Part shown: positions 9,720-19,002 of the stretch, in pieces | Layout: each line of letters begins with the position of its first letter | Numbering within the stretch: position 1 is the first letter of the stretch | Assembly (NCBI GenBank): GCA_028866935.1 | Contig: JAGWHH010000001.1 | Location: 1 to 51,624 of the forward strand | Source: Candidatus Micrarchaeota archaeon | GTDB taxonomy: Archaea; Micrarchaeota; Micrarchaeia; Micrarchaeales; CABMGC01 | Length of the DNA stretch: 51,624 bases | Direction of reading: 5' to 3' | Translations under genes and position numbers: made by a program | Notes under the pieces: model-generated | The model's database searches: none | Told to the model about the DNA's origin: nothing | The model's input: the letters and a program-made list of their open reading frames with translations, nothing else

Positions 9720-10439
9720 ATGAAACGGCTTACGTTAACTGGAATATTATTGGTCATATTCTCTTTGGGAATACTCTACGCAAGTTACGGCTCTTTCAGC
9801 AGTACGGTAGCAAACAATACGGTTCAAGCATTAGCACTCTCGCCGCATGAGGCAATCGATGTTCCTTTCCAGGTACAGAATAGTACAATACTTAGCACCA
9901 TATATTTCGTTAAAAACGGAAGCATAGCTTACTATCTGGTTAACAGCTCTGCATATTCAAAATTATCCCACTACACCGATGCAAACTCGCTGTTAAATGC
10001 TTCAGAAAGCCTGAAAGGCAACGGTGTATACGAGATACTGTCCAATAGCTCTTCAGGTTCGTATCCGCTCCAACCTTCAATAGTACTCCGTAGTCAAGAT
10101 TACTATTATAACGGCACAGACAACTTTGCAGCAGGTACATATTACGACATATTCCAAAACCTAGAAAGCAACAGCACAACGGTCTATTACACTGTCGTTA
10201 CAAAGTTGCAGCTATCAGAATCAAACTCAATATTCTATTCAGCTGCGTACGGGCTTACTGGAACGGTGCTTCTCATAATTGGCGTAATAATAATAGGCTA
10301 CTCTTTCCTTGTTCAGAAGTCTCCTGCATCTGAAGATGCAGCAAAGAAAGACGAGATCGATAAGCTATACGCAGAAATTAATGAAAAAGAAGGCAGCACA
10401 AGAACCAAAAAAGCCAGGAAAAACAAGAAGAGAAATTAA
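9720..10439 (+). CDS. Hypothetical membrane protein (signal peptide + C-terminal TM)
   Basis: Hydrophobic N-terminus, Asn/Ser/Tyr-rich ectodomain, TM, charged tail. Confidence 0.7.
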   Translation: MKRLTLTGILLVIFSLGILYASYGSFSSTVANNTVQALALSPHEAIDVPFQVQNSTILSTIYFVKNGSIAYYLVNSSAYSKLSHYTDANSLLNASESLKGNGVYEILSNSSSGSYPLQPSIVLRSQDYYYNGTDNFAAGTYYDIFQNLESNSTTVYYTVVTKLQLSESNSIFYSAAYGLTGTVLLIIGVIIIGYSFLVQKSPASEDAAKKDEIDKLYAEINEKEGSTRTKKARKNKKRN

Positions 10440-10471
10440 CCGTTATAAACCTTCTAGTGCATGTTATACTC

Positions 10472-11161
10472 ATGGATACTTTGCAGGAGCGAATTGCCGG
10501 TGAAATAACTCTTTCCGATAGCCCAGGAAGCAATATGAAAAAATGGAGAGAGCTATTCGGCATTTCACAAGTAGAACTGGCAAAATACATCAAGATCTCA
10601 ACATCTACCATAAGCGACTATGAAGGAAACAGGAGGGCAAGCCCTGGCGTTGGTATAATAAAGAGGTTTGTAGGCGCACTCTTTACAATAGACCAGCAGC
10701 GGGGCGGCGAAGTCATAAGGAACCTGGAGAAGTACAACCTGCCTCAGGAAAAGGACCCTTTCTATATGATAAAGGACTTTTCCGCTCCTATAAGCGGCAC
10801 AGATTTTGCAAGAATAATAGATGCAAAGATAGTTTCCAATCCAAACTACCTTGATACGATGAAGATTTTCGGTTACACGCTTATAGACAGCCTCAGGGTC
10901 ATTCTGGAGATATCTCCAAGTGAGTATCCAAAGCTATTTGGCACAACAAACGAGAGGGCATTCGTATTCGACCAGGTAAGCACAGGAAGGTCACCGATGG
11001 TAGTGATTAGGGTAGCTCCAATAAAGCCAAGGATAGTTGTAATACAGAATGTTGAAAACCTGGATAAGCTGGCAATAAAAATCTCACAGATAGAGAAGAT
11101 ACCCCTTCTTACTACAAAGCTGACAACAGAAGAGCTGAAGCAGAGGCTAAGCAACCTATAA
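10472..11161 (+). CDS. Archaeal Xre-HTH transcriptional regulator with DRTGG-like C-domain (COG1709-like)
   Basis: IAGEITLS..PG..MKKWRELFGISQ.ELA...STISDYE; RAFVF..VSTGRSPMVVIRV. Confidence 0.9.
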   Translation: MDTLQERIAGEITLSDSPGSNMKKWRELFGISQVELAKYIKISTSTISDYEGNRRASPGVGIIKRFVGALFTIDQQRGGEVIRNLEKYNLPQEKDPFYMIKDFSAPISGTDFARIIDAKIVSNPNYLDTMKIFGYTLIDSLRVILEISPSEYPKLFGTTNERAFVFDQVSTGRSPMVVIRVAPIKPRIVVIQNVENLDKLAIKISQIEKIPLLTTKLTTEELKQRLSNL

Positions 11162-11198
11162 AATAAATGTGCTCTCAATTGTCGAGGATAACAAAAGT

Positions 11199-11618
11199 TT
11201 AAAGATGACCGGATCTTGACTTAAATTCATCCAGTATCAGGTTAGCTACCATCTTTGCAAGGCTCGACGCACTGCTATCACGCAGCACTTCGCGCAAAGT
11301 CCTCTTGATGTCTGCATTTACCTCTTCGCCTGTCTTGCAGCTTCGTACAGCCTCTTCAAGCACGTACATCATTCTTGCGGTGTCATCAGTTCTAGAAAGT
11401 GCCCTCCTTGCGGCAGTTTCAACTACGTATGTTGTTGCCTTTGGATGCGCAGCTACAAGTTCAAGGCAAGATAAGTCATCCGATCGTGCAAGCCTGTGGA
11501 GCTCTCTTGCAGTTGTGGCGTTTACGACCTCTTTGATGGCCACTGTCCTCTCGGAAAGCGCGTTGGCTTTTGCGAAGCTTCCAGCAAACTCGGTCCTTCT
11601 TTCAGTAGCTACCCCCAT
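11199..11618 (-). CDS. Hypothetical helical orphan protein
   Basis: 139-aa ORF, ATG preceded by GAGGT SD-like motif. Confidence 0.65.
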   Translation of the reverse strand: MGVATERRTEFAGSFAKANALSERTVAIKEVVNATTARELHRLARSDDLSCLELVAAHPKATTYVVETAARRALSRTDDTARMMYVLEEAVRSCKTGEEVNADIKRTLREVLRDSSASSLAKMVANLILDEFKSRSGHL

Positions 11619-11632
11619 TTTATTACCTCATG

Positions 11633-11689
11633 ATCAGGCATGATGCCTGATTGATAAAACAAGCTAGTGATTAACGAGCTAGTGATTAA
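11633..11689. repeat. Perfect palindrome plus tandem 13-bp direct repeat (possible operator)
   Basis: ATCAGGCAT-G-ATGCCTGAT at 11633-11651; AGCTAGTGATTAA at 11662 and 11677. Confidence 0.7.
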
Positions 11690-11781
11690 GGTGCCCTTCA
11701 CGGCTGACGTATTTGGAATGTATTACCTTTCATCACGATGCACTGCATCTGGTTGATTTACTAGGTATATAAAGCTTGTCT

Positions 11782-12747
11782 TCAAGATCTCTGGGCGGAC
11801 ACCAAGTCCTGCACTCCCTCCAGCTGCGCCGCAGTTGCATTGGCAGCCCTGCCTTCGACATTGTCCTTAAACCTGTGTCCCATCTCTTCCAGTACTGCCT
11901 TTACCTTTATCCATTCATAGCCTAATTTGCCAGTTCTGTGCACAACGCCCAAAGCAGTTATTGCAGCTATCCCGCGGAATGTCTCTTCAAGCGCAAGCCC
12001 AGCAAACATCCCACCTACCACGAAGCCGCCTGTTGCAACCAAAAGAGCCGCAGATTCTAACCCATACTGTATCATCTTCTTTCTCTTTTCTTTCAATTTT
12101 GCCTGAAGATACAGCTTGGTCTCTTTGGAGAAGACCGCTCCCCTAATCTCTTCAAGTCTCTCCTTGTCATTTGCACTCAACCCGGCCTTGGAGCTGTTTA
12201 CCACATCCATGAACAGATCTGCATCAGCCTCCCTAAGCTCACCATCCACTGCGGTTTTGTAGCGGCTTATTAGCCTGTTCACCCTATCCTTTTCAGCATT
12301 AGAATCACCAGATTCCAATTCATACTGCTCTGCCAGCTCATATAGGCCTATCGCAATTCTAAGCTTCTTCACCCTCTTGACAGGATTATCCTCATAGCAC
12401 GAATCACGTGCAATCGCATCGGCATCTATCTGCGCCGCCCTTGCGCGTATCTCGTTTTTGAATCTCTTTGCCGGAGATTCCTTCATCTTTCTTAACATTT
12501 CCTTTACTACTTCAGAAGTATCTCCCCCAAGCGTCTCCCCTGTTTCCGGATCATAAAATATGCCCCAGCCAGTTGCAATGTTCCTTCTAAGTTTCTTCAG
12601 CTGCCCTCTAAAGGCAGACTTAGGCATCTTGTCCCTCTCAGCTCTCATCAGCGCATGCCCTCCTTGCTCAGACGTCCCGATTCCACGATGCCCGGTAACC
12701 TTAGTTTCCCCTTCTATTTTCATGGCGACTCTCCCCACAGATATCAC
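11782..12747 (-). CDS. Hypothetical orphan protein with C-terminal TM pair
   Basis: 321-aa ORF, charged helical N-part, two hydrophobic segments near the C-terminus; start may be ATG 12723. Confidence 0.65.
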   Translation of the reverse strand: MISVGRVAMKIEGETKVTGHRGIGTSEQGGHALMRAERDKMPKSAFRGQLKKLRRNIATGWGIFYDPETGETLGGDTSEVVKEMLRKMKESPAKRFKNEIRARAAQIDADAIARDSCYEDNPVKRVKKLRIAIGLYELAEQYELESGDSNAEKDRVNRLISRYKTAVDGELREADADLFMDVVNSSKAGLSANDKERLEEIRGAVFSKETKLYLQAKLKEKRKKMIQYGLESAALLVATGGFVVGGMFAGLALEETFRGIAAITALGVVHRTGKLGYEWIKVKAVLEEMGHRFKDNVEGRAANATAAQLEGVQDLVSAQRS

Positions 12748-13062
12748 CTAATAAACACTGGGCAAATTTTCATATATACGGGTTTCCTACGATCAAAAAT
12801 TTAGAGAGATGATTTAAATATCAGAAAAAGGATAGTACTCTAGTTATTTTTCCTATGTGTCTACGTCACCTTCTTAAAGAAAGCCTCCCTCCTGGGCGCG
12901 CAGCCAGAACATAATTGCGCCCGTCTTCGATGCAACACCAAGATGATGTCTCTCCTATGCCCTCTGCCTAGGTAGAAATCGCCCTTACTACCAGTTTAGG
13001 CAAGATAATATCTTTCATCCAATTATCTATAATTCGGCTAGATGCTCCTGCTTATTGTAATA

Positions 13063-13133
13063 TGGGGGTAAGGAGAATTGAACTCCTGCCCGCAGAATGT
13101 CAATCTGCTATCCTACCACTAGACGATACCCCC
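13063..13133 (-). tRNA. tRNA-Val(GAC)
   Basis: Reverse complement folds as a cloverleaf: GGGGGTA/TACCCCC-A acceptor, GCAGA-TT GAC AT-TCTGC anticodon arm, AGGAG-TTCAATT-CTCCT T arm; no encoded CCA. Confidence 0.95.
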
Positions 13134-13151
13134 GCAGAATTAGTTGTCTCT

Positions 13152-14042
13152 CTAAACAATTATAATATCTCCGTCCTCTGCAACTTCCGAGTTCTTGAAT
13201 ATCTTCTGTGCCTCCTCTTCAAGTATCCCTATATCGTTGTATCTTGCGCTTATATGCGTAAGCAGAAGGCGTTTTACGTGCGCCTTCTTTGCTACCTGAG
13301 CGGCTTCAGTTGCAGTAGAGTGCATTCTTTCAACTGCAAGCGACTTCTCTTTCTCACAGTAAGATGACTCATGTATGAGAAGGTCCGCATCGGCAGCCGC
13401 CTTCACCGTATCTTTCGAAGGCCGCGTATCGCCAGTATATACAACTTTTTTGCCCAGCTGCACATTAGTTACTTGTGAAAGCTTGATTATTTTAGTGCCA
13501 ACCTTTATCTTACCTTTTTTCTGAAGCTGTGAATGCATATCTCCCTTTATCCCAAGCTTCTTTGCATCCTCCTCAACAAACCTCCTCTTATCATCTTCCT
13601 TAAACGCGTATCCGTAAGCTGTTATTGAATGCCTAAGCGGGAAGGCATTTACAGAAAAGCCCCTGCCTCTATACACCTCTCCTGCCCTTATGCCCTTCAC
13701 TTCAACGCTATATCCCAAAATCGCCCTGTCAAACGATAGCAATGACATCACAACATGCTCATGGCCCCTAGGAACAAAAATCGTAAGAGGATCCGTCCTT
13801 CTATTCAGTGCCAGGGTCCTTACAAGCCCTGCAATCCCTATTACATGGTCGCCGTGGACATGGCTGATGAAGATGGCCCTGAGTTTAGACGAGTTTACTC
13901 CGAATTTCAGCATCTGCATCTGCGCAGATTCGCCGCAGTCAAACAGGAAAAGATCGCCCTCATGTACCAGCGCCACAGCCGGAAGCGATCTGTATTTTGT
14001 GGGCGATGACCCTGCAGTACCGAGAAACACTATCTTAATCAT
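13152..14042 (-). CDS. rnz: Ribonuclease Z
   Basis: FLGT, DCGE, SHVHGDH metallo-beta-lactamase motif, exosite, GDT, HE, HST, THIS.RY. Confidence 0.95.
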   Translation of the reverse strand: MIKIVFLGTAGSSPTKYRSLPAVALVHEGDLFLFDCGESAQMQMLKFGVNSSKLRAIFISHVHGDHVIGIAGLVRTLALNRRTDPLTIFVPRGHEHVVMSLLSFDRAILGYSVEVKGIRAGEVYRGRGFSVNAFPLRHSITAYGYAFKEDDKRRFVEEDAKKLGIKGDMHSQLQKKGKIKVGTKIIKLSQVTNVQLGKKVVYTGDTRPSKDTVKAAADADLLIHESSYCEKEKSLAVERMHSTATEAAQVAKKAHVKRLLLTHISARYNDIGILEEEAQKIFKNSEVAEDGDIIIV

Positions 14043-15152
14043 TCAAATCTCCAGCACTACTTTTTTGTCCTTAAGGTTTAATTTATCTATCTTCAGATTG
14101 GGAAACTCCTTGATTACCTCTTCAAGCGTCGCTCTTCTGTTCTGTTGAAGATAAAATATTACAGAATTAACCTCGTTCATATTCGCGAAGATCCTCTTGG
14201 CCGCTTCGGCTGAGTTTGCCGAGTCTTCAGAAAACTGCCTCACGAGCTCCTTCTGTTTGCTTATGTTCGCTTCAAGCTCATCAAGCTCCTTGTTCTTGCC
14301 TTCTGTTTTTACCGCATGCCTTGATTCTAGGCACACTTCGTCAAGAGCCTCACTTATTGTGGCAACTTTTTTCTGCTCAAGTTCAGAATACTTGCCCAAT
14401 GGCATTGCCGAATAATCAACAGGCTTTCCATCCTTTATGTACACTGTCGGCTGGCTATTCTTTAGCTCTTCAAAAAACTTCTCAAAAGCCTCAGCAAGCC
14501 TGCCGATTTCACCCTCCTTCAATGCCTCCTTTGGATTTAATCCTGCGCTTCTGATGATCTCATCAAGATACATTGGGCCAAGGTTTATGCTCTTTGAAAT
14601 CTCCACTATCATCTTCGAATCTGCCTTTGCAACACTCTCTAGCACTTTCCTTAAATTGGAGTTATCCAGAGAAGAGAGGTCAAGGCTTTCATTCTTTGGA
14701 AGGACATAGTCCGCTCCAGGCCTTACCGTCCTGTCTTTATAGTTTACGTTCTTGTAGCATACCTCTATCTTTCCAGCATCGCTAAGCAATATCAGGTTCC
14801 CCTTCCCGAACATCTCTATAAGCAACCTAAACTTGCCATCCCTTGCGCCAAGCTCAAGGATCAGTATGCGGTCAGACCCATGCTGGTATACGTCTAGAAC
14901 TTTCGAGTCCTCAATCCTCTTGCGCACAGCCATTGCAAAGTTCGTGGCTTCTCCGGCCTCCTCCTTGAACCTGGTCTCATTTATTGTGCTTAGCAGCTTG
15001 CAATAAACATCAACATTTCCATCAGGCCTATGGAATGACATCCGGAAGGCGCCCTCCCCCAGGTCATAGAACTTCTTTATGAAGCTGCCTACAATCCTGG
15101 GTTTAAGCTCTAATGCCACAAGCCCAAGCTCAAGCGATGTTATTTCGCGCAT
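14043..15152 (-). CDS. rqc2: Rqc2/NFACT N-terminal protein (C-terminally truncated)
   Basis: NFAMAVRKRI, GSDRIL, EMFGKGNLIL, HhH (LGPMYLDEI) and coiled coil; no NFACT-R domain. Confidence 0.8.
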   Translation of the reverse strand: MREITSLELGLVALELKPRIVGSFIKKFYDLGEGAFRMSFHRPDGNVDVYCKLLSTINETRFKEEAGEATNFAMAVRKRIEDSKVLDVYQHGSDRILILELGARDGKFRLLIEMFGKGNLILLSDAGKIEVCYKNVNYKDRTVRPGADYVLPKNESLDLSSLDNSNLRKVLESVAKADSKMIVEISKSINLGPMYLDEIIRSAGLNPKEALKEGEIGRLAEAFEKFFEELKNSQPTVYIKDGKPVDYSAMPLGKYSELEQKKVATISEALDEVCLESRHAVKTEGKNKELDELEANISKQKELVRQFSEDSANSAEAAKRIFANMNEVNSVIFYLQQNRRATLEEVIKEFPNLKIDKLNLKDKKVVLEI

Positions 15153-15249
15153 AGTCTCATACTAATAGCGATTGTAATACTTAAAATGGTAACGAAATTC
15201 TGCAGAATAAACTTTTAAGCTAGTAAAACTACTAGATCCCCTGAACGTC

Positions 15250-16113
15250 ATGGCCGCTTTTCGCAATCAGCCTCAGCTACGCAAACTTGCGCAGTCTAAA
15301 ATAAACCCCAGCCTGCAAAGGCCCAGGGAAGTAGTGAAGGATAAGCTGGCGCTCAAAGCCTCGAGAAGGGCACCCGAGCAGAGCAACGTGGTCCAGATAA
15401 AATCAGTAAGAAGGAAAGAAGAAAACAAGAAGCTGCTTGAGGATGCAAGCCTAGTTGGCGGAGTAGTAGGGCCCGCGCTAGGTTTCGGAACAACGCTTTA
15501 TGTTGTAGGGCTTCAAAAGCACTTCAGCTGGACTGCAATGAAGATAAGTGACATATTCGGAAATCACCCAGGCAGCAATCTGCTCGGTTACGGGGTGGGC
15601 GTATCAGGGGCATTGAGCATGGGCTATTGCTATGGCCTGTACAAGTCATTGCCCAAGGCAAGCTTCAAGTTAGGGCCAATCAAAGGAAATTGGAATATGC
15701 TTGGCACTGCGGCAATGGCGCAGAGCATGGCCTCACTCTCAGTTACAGCAATTTCTGGAATGATAAACTCAAGAGGCCTGGTGCACTACGTGTCTTCAGG
15801 AACCTATTATTACGGTGTTCCAGTCGCCCTTAGCCTATTTGGCGCAGGAATGCTTAGGAAGAAGGAGGATCTTGTAGGGGGCATAACACTCGCATCCGCC
15901 GGAGCTGCATTATCAGCAGGCATATACGGCATCTTAGCAAAAAGCCCGATACCTGCGGAATATGAATTCGGAATAAGCCTGATTGCGGGCGGATGGGCGA
16001 TGGCAACTGCAAGCTACCTTACTGCAAAATCTGGGATAAAGCAGGTCCGCGAAAGGATAAAAAACAAAGCAAGGGATTTATTGAACCTGAAGAACGCACT
16101 TGGTCATGCTTAG
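15250..16113 (+). CDS. Hypothetical Gly/Ala-rich multi-TM orphan
   Basis: Basic N-terminal 60 aa followed by about 6 Gly-rich hydrophobic segments. Confidence 0.7.
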   Translation: MAAFRNQPQLRKLAQSKINPSLQRPREVVKDKLALKASRRAPEQSNVVQIKSVRRKEENKKLLEDASLVGGVVGPALGFGTTLYVVGLQKHFSWTAMKISDIFGNHPGSNLLGYGVGVSGALSMGYCYGLYKSLPKASFKLGPIKGNWNMLGTAAMAQSMASLSVTAISGMINSRGLVHYVSSGTYYYGVPVALSLFGAGMLRKKEDLVGGITLASAGAALSAGIYGILAKSPIPAEYEFGISLIAGGWAMATASYLTAKSGIKQVRERIKNKARDLLNLKNALGHA

Positions 16114-16168
16114 CCATTCAATTTCTTTTAAGCATCATTTAAGGCCATCCTTCCCAGTTTTCTTAGGG

Positions 16169-17116
16169 CTAAATATCCTGCCTTCCTGCAGCTCCTTTAA
16201 GATCTGTGTCAACAAGTTTTCCTAGGAATTCCATCCCCCGATCGCTATCGCGAAGCCCTGCCCACAGCGCAATCCTTGCAAACGGCGTCATATTTGCGCT
16301 TAATTCAGAAAGTAGTTGCGTATTTACCTCATTCAATCCTACCAGCACCTGCCTTTCAATATTGCCCCTATTCCATGCGCCGCTGCCCCTGGCTAATAGT
16401 TCCTGAGCAGACAACGAAGTCCTGGCCAGTGCAACATAAACAAATTCTCCCAATTCCGCTTCATAAGCGACAAGAGCACTTGTGATGCAGGCCACCTCAT
16501 GCTCGATAACTCCTCTTTGCAGTAAAAGGCCACGCACCGCTCCCTTAAGTAAATCCAGTTTTCCTCCTTTTACGTCCTTTTCATCAAAGTTGGTGGCTAC
16601 GCTTGAGGTTATTCTTCCTACGTTCTGTGCACTTTTGCTGCTCCGCTGCTGCAGGATAAAACTTTCGCCATCAACTGACTTAACAAGCAAAGCGCAGCTA
16701 AATGGATAAGTTATCTCCCTGTCAAAATTTGCAGGACCTGCCTTGTCTAGCTGCTTTCTTATCCAATTGAGGTGGTCTTCATCATCAACATCCTTCCCCC
16801 TTTCTGCAAGCTTTACGTAGTATGGGTAAAAGACAACCTCAAAGTCCGTCTTCCCGCCAGCTTCGCACCTGATATTCTGAAGTCCGCAAGTGTTGAAGTC
16901 TGAAAATCTTGGCTTGCCGTCATCCTGTATTTCAGACCACTTTTGCGAAGTAGACTGTATAACCTCCTGGATTACCCTGTCTGCACCCCTGTAAGGCACT
17001 ACACTAAAATCCAGATGGGCACGGTCAAAAGGCCCGGCATAGACTAACTTTGCTGTAGGCGCTATCCTTTCAAGATCTACATGAGGGGTTTTTCTTATCA
17101 CAGTCTCGCCTTGCAA
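16169..17116 (-). CDS. Hypothetical protein, degenerate NUDIX-like fold
   Basis: LLVKSVDG..ILQQRS...GRITS...AVRGLLLQRGV resembles a Nudix box with the Glu residues lost. Confidence 0.55.
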   Translation of the reverse strand: MQGETVIRKTPHVDLERIAPTAKLVYAGPFDRAHLDFSVVPYRGADRVIQEVIQSTSQKWSEIQDDGKPRFSDFNTCGLQNIRCEAGGKTDFEVVFYPYYVKLAERGKDVDDEDHLNWIRKQLDKAGPANFDREITYPFSCALLVKSVDGESFILQQRSSKSAQNVGRITSSVATNFDEKDVKGGKLDLLKGAVRGLLLQRGVIEHEVACITSALVAYEAELGEFVYVALARTSLSAQELLARGSGAWNRGNIERQVLVGLNEVNTQLLSELSANMTPFARIALWAGLRDSDRGMEFLGKLVDTDLKGAAGRQDI

Positions 17117-17196
17117 ATTTTATTATCTTTAATACTTATAGTATGCCCTTTACTTAGGCAATGTCCTATTTAGGTATTTTAAGAGGGTAGGCCTTT

Positions 17197-17988
17197 CTAC
17201 TTCTTGACCCTCTTCATTCCTTCTTCCTTCACTATTCTCGAGAAAAGCTGAGCTTGCTTCTTTGCAGCTGAAGATTGCTCTATGGCAGTACCTATCTGTA
17301 CTATGTCAGCGCCAGCCTTTATGGTAGTGCGAAGGTCATCCTCAGTTCTTATTCCACCTGCAACTATGTAAGGCACAGTTATAGTGGACTTGACTGCTCG
17401 TATCATTTCTGGCGGCACCGGGCCGTGGCCCTGCAGCTGCGGGTTTGATCCAACATCAGTGATTACGAAACGGTTTCCAAGATACTCTCCTGCAAGTGCT
17501 AGTGCTGCCGCTATCTTCGATTTTTCCCTTGGAACGAGGTTGACGTCACCAACCCATCCGACTGTTCCTCCTGGGGAGACGACCACGTATCCTACGGGGA
17601 GCGGTTCAATTCCCATCTGCTTTACCAGTGGGGCAGAAAGCATCTGCGCGTGTGTTATCCAGTAAGGCGTCCTTGCATTAAGAAGCGACATGAAATATAC
17701 TGCATCTGCATACTTGCTTAGCGATGCGATGTTTCCCGGAAAGAGTACAACTGGAGAGGAGACTGTTTCCTTTATCCCTTTAATCACGTAATCAAGGAGT
17801 TCCCCCTGCGCACCTATGCTCCCTCCCACGAGTATTACATCTGCACCACCTTCATCCGCTTCTTTTGCAGTCTTTATTGCAAGATCTGGCGTCTTGTAGT
17901 CGACTGGGTCTATAAGCATGAACATCAAAGCTCCTTTCTCCTCAAGCTTTTCGTATATCCTCTTTTCTATCTTTCCAACCTTGACCAT
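17197..17988 (-). CDS. Geranylgeranylglyceryl phosphate synthase (PcrB/GGGPS family)
   Basis: LIDP, VGGS, LFPG, ADAVYFMSLLN, GYVVV.PG, GGIR, GAD..QIGT. Confidence 0.92.
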   Translation of the reverse strand: MVKVGKIEKRIYEKLEEKGALMFMLIDPVDYKTPDLAIKTAKEADEGGADVILVGGSIGAQGELLDYVIKGIKETVSSPVVLFPGNIASLSKYADAVYFMSLLNARTPYWITHAQMLSAPLVKQMGIEPLPVGYVVVSPGGTVGWVGDVNLVPREKSKIAAALALAGEYLGNRFVITDVGSNPQLQGHGPVPPEMIRAVKSTITVPYIVAGGIRTEDDLRTTIKAGADIVQIGTAIEQSSAAKKQAQLFSRIVKEEGMKRVKK

Positions 17989-18006
17989 TTCATCACATCA
18001 GTATGA

Positions 18007-19002
18007 CTAAGCGTCTTTGCTTTTCTGGAATTCTCGCACGAGTTCAAGAGCTCCCTCCTTTATGTCAATTGAAGGCTTGAAGCCAAGCTCATTCCTTATC
18101 TTGCCTATATCTATTACGCGGTTTGACATAAGGAACCTAAGCTCGTCGCTGTCTATGTTCCTGTTCTTTGCCATAAGCCTTACTATTATTGGGCTTATAT
18201 GCCTTGATGGCCGCTCTACTTTCATAATGTCTGCGACCATGTTGAACATCTCTTGAAGAGTATACTTCCTGCCGTCGCTGAGGTTATAGATGCTTCTGCT
18301 GTTGTTGTGCTTCTGATCCGCAAGCAGGTACGCCCTTACCACATCATCTATGTGTATGAGCGAGAGTGAATTGTTCCCGCTTCCTATTACGTAAGCCTTG
18401 CCCTCCTTTATCGCCTTGAATACCTTGAAGTAAGAAGCAGAAAACTCATTTCCATAAATCGCCGCCATCCTGAAGATAGTGTAATCTATCCTGTCTGCGT
18501 ACTTCTCAATCTCTTTCTCCGCAAGCATCTTGCTGTATCCATACTTGTCTGTAGGCTTAAGCTTTGAGTCCTCTGTAAGTACGTCATTACGGTTGTTACC
18601 GTAAACGTCCACTGTGCTTGCAAATACGACATGCCCGATGCCATTTTGTCTGCATGCCTCAAGCACATTCGTAGTGCCCTCAACGTTTACCCTTACTATC
18701 TCTTCTGTGTGCGCTTTGTATTCGCTGACTATCGCAGCAAGATGAAATACAACATCAACTCCATGCAGCGCATCATTAAGCAGCTTCTTGTTAGTTATGT
18801 CTCCGATGTAAGGAACTACTCCTCCAGGTATCCTGTTCACGAAATCCTTCCTTAGAGAAAGAGTACGGACTTCATACCCGTCGCGCTGCAGGGCCCTGAC
18901 AAGATTCCTTCCAAGCCTGCCGTCTGCGCCTGTAACAAAGGCAGTCCTTCCCCTCCCATTCTTCTTGAAGCTAAAAGCAGGTGCGGCTTTGTTCAATGCC
19001 AT
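18007..19002 (-). CDS. NAD-dependent epimerase/dehydratase (extended SDR)
   Basis: TGADGRLG, HLAA, YGYSK. Confidence 0.9.
   Translation of the reverse strand: MALNKAAPAFSFKKNGRGRTAFVTGADGRLGRNLVRALQRDGYEVRTLSLRKDFVNRIPGGVVPYIGDITNKKLLNDALHGVDVVFHLAAIVSEYKAHTEEIVRVNVEGTTNVLEACRQNGIGHVVFASTVDVYGNNRNDVLTEDSKLKPTDKYGYSKMLAEKEIEKYADRIDYTIFRMAAIYGNEFSASYFKVFKAIKEGKAYVIGSGNNSLSLIHIDDVVRAYLLADQKHNNSRSIYNLSDGRKYTLQEMFNMVADIMKVERPSRHISPIIVRLMAKNRNIDSDELRFLMSNRVIDIGKIRNELGFKPSIDIKEGALELVREFQKSKDA

Noticed and set aside
12865..13018. Minus-strand mini-ORF with an internal TAG downstream of tRNA-Val
   Set aside because: About 50 codons, no recognisable motif, no support for recoding
13062..13367. 101-aa plus-strand ORF (MGVRRIELLPAECQSAILPLDDTP...)
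   Set aside because: Antisense translation of tRNA-Val and rnz
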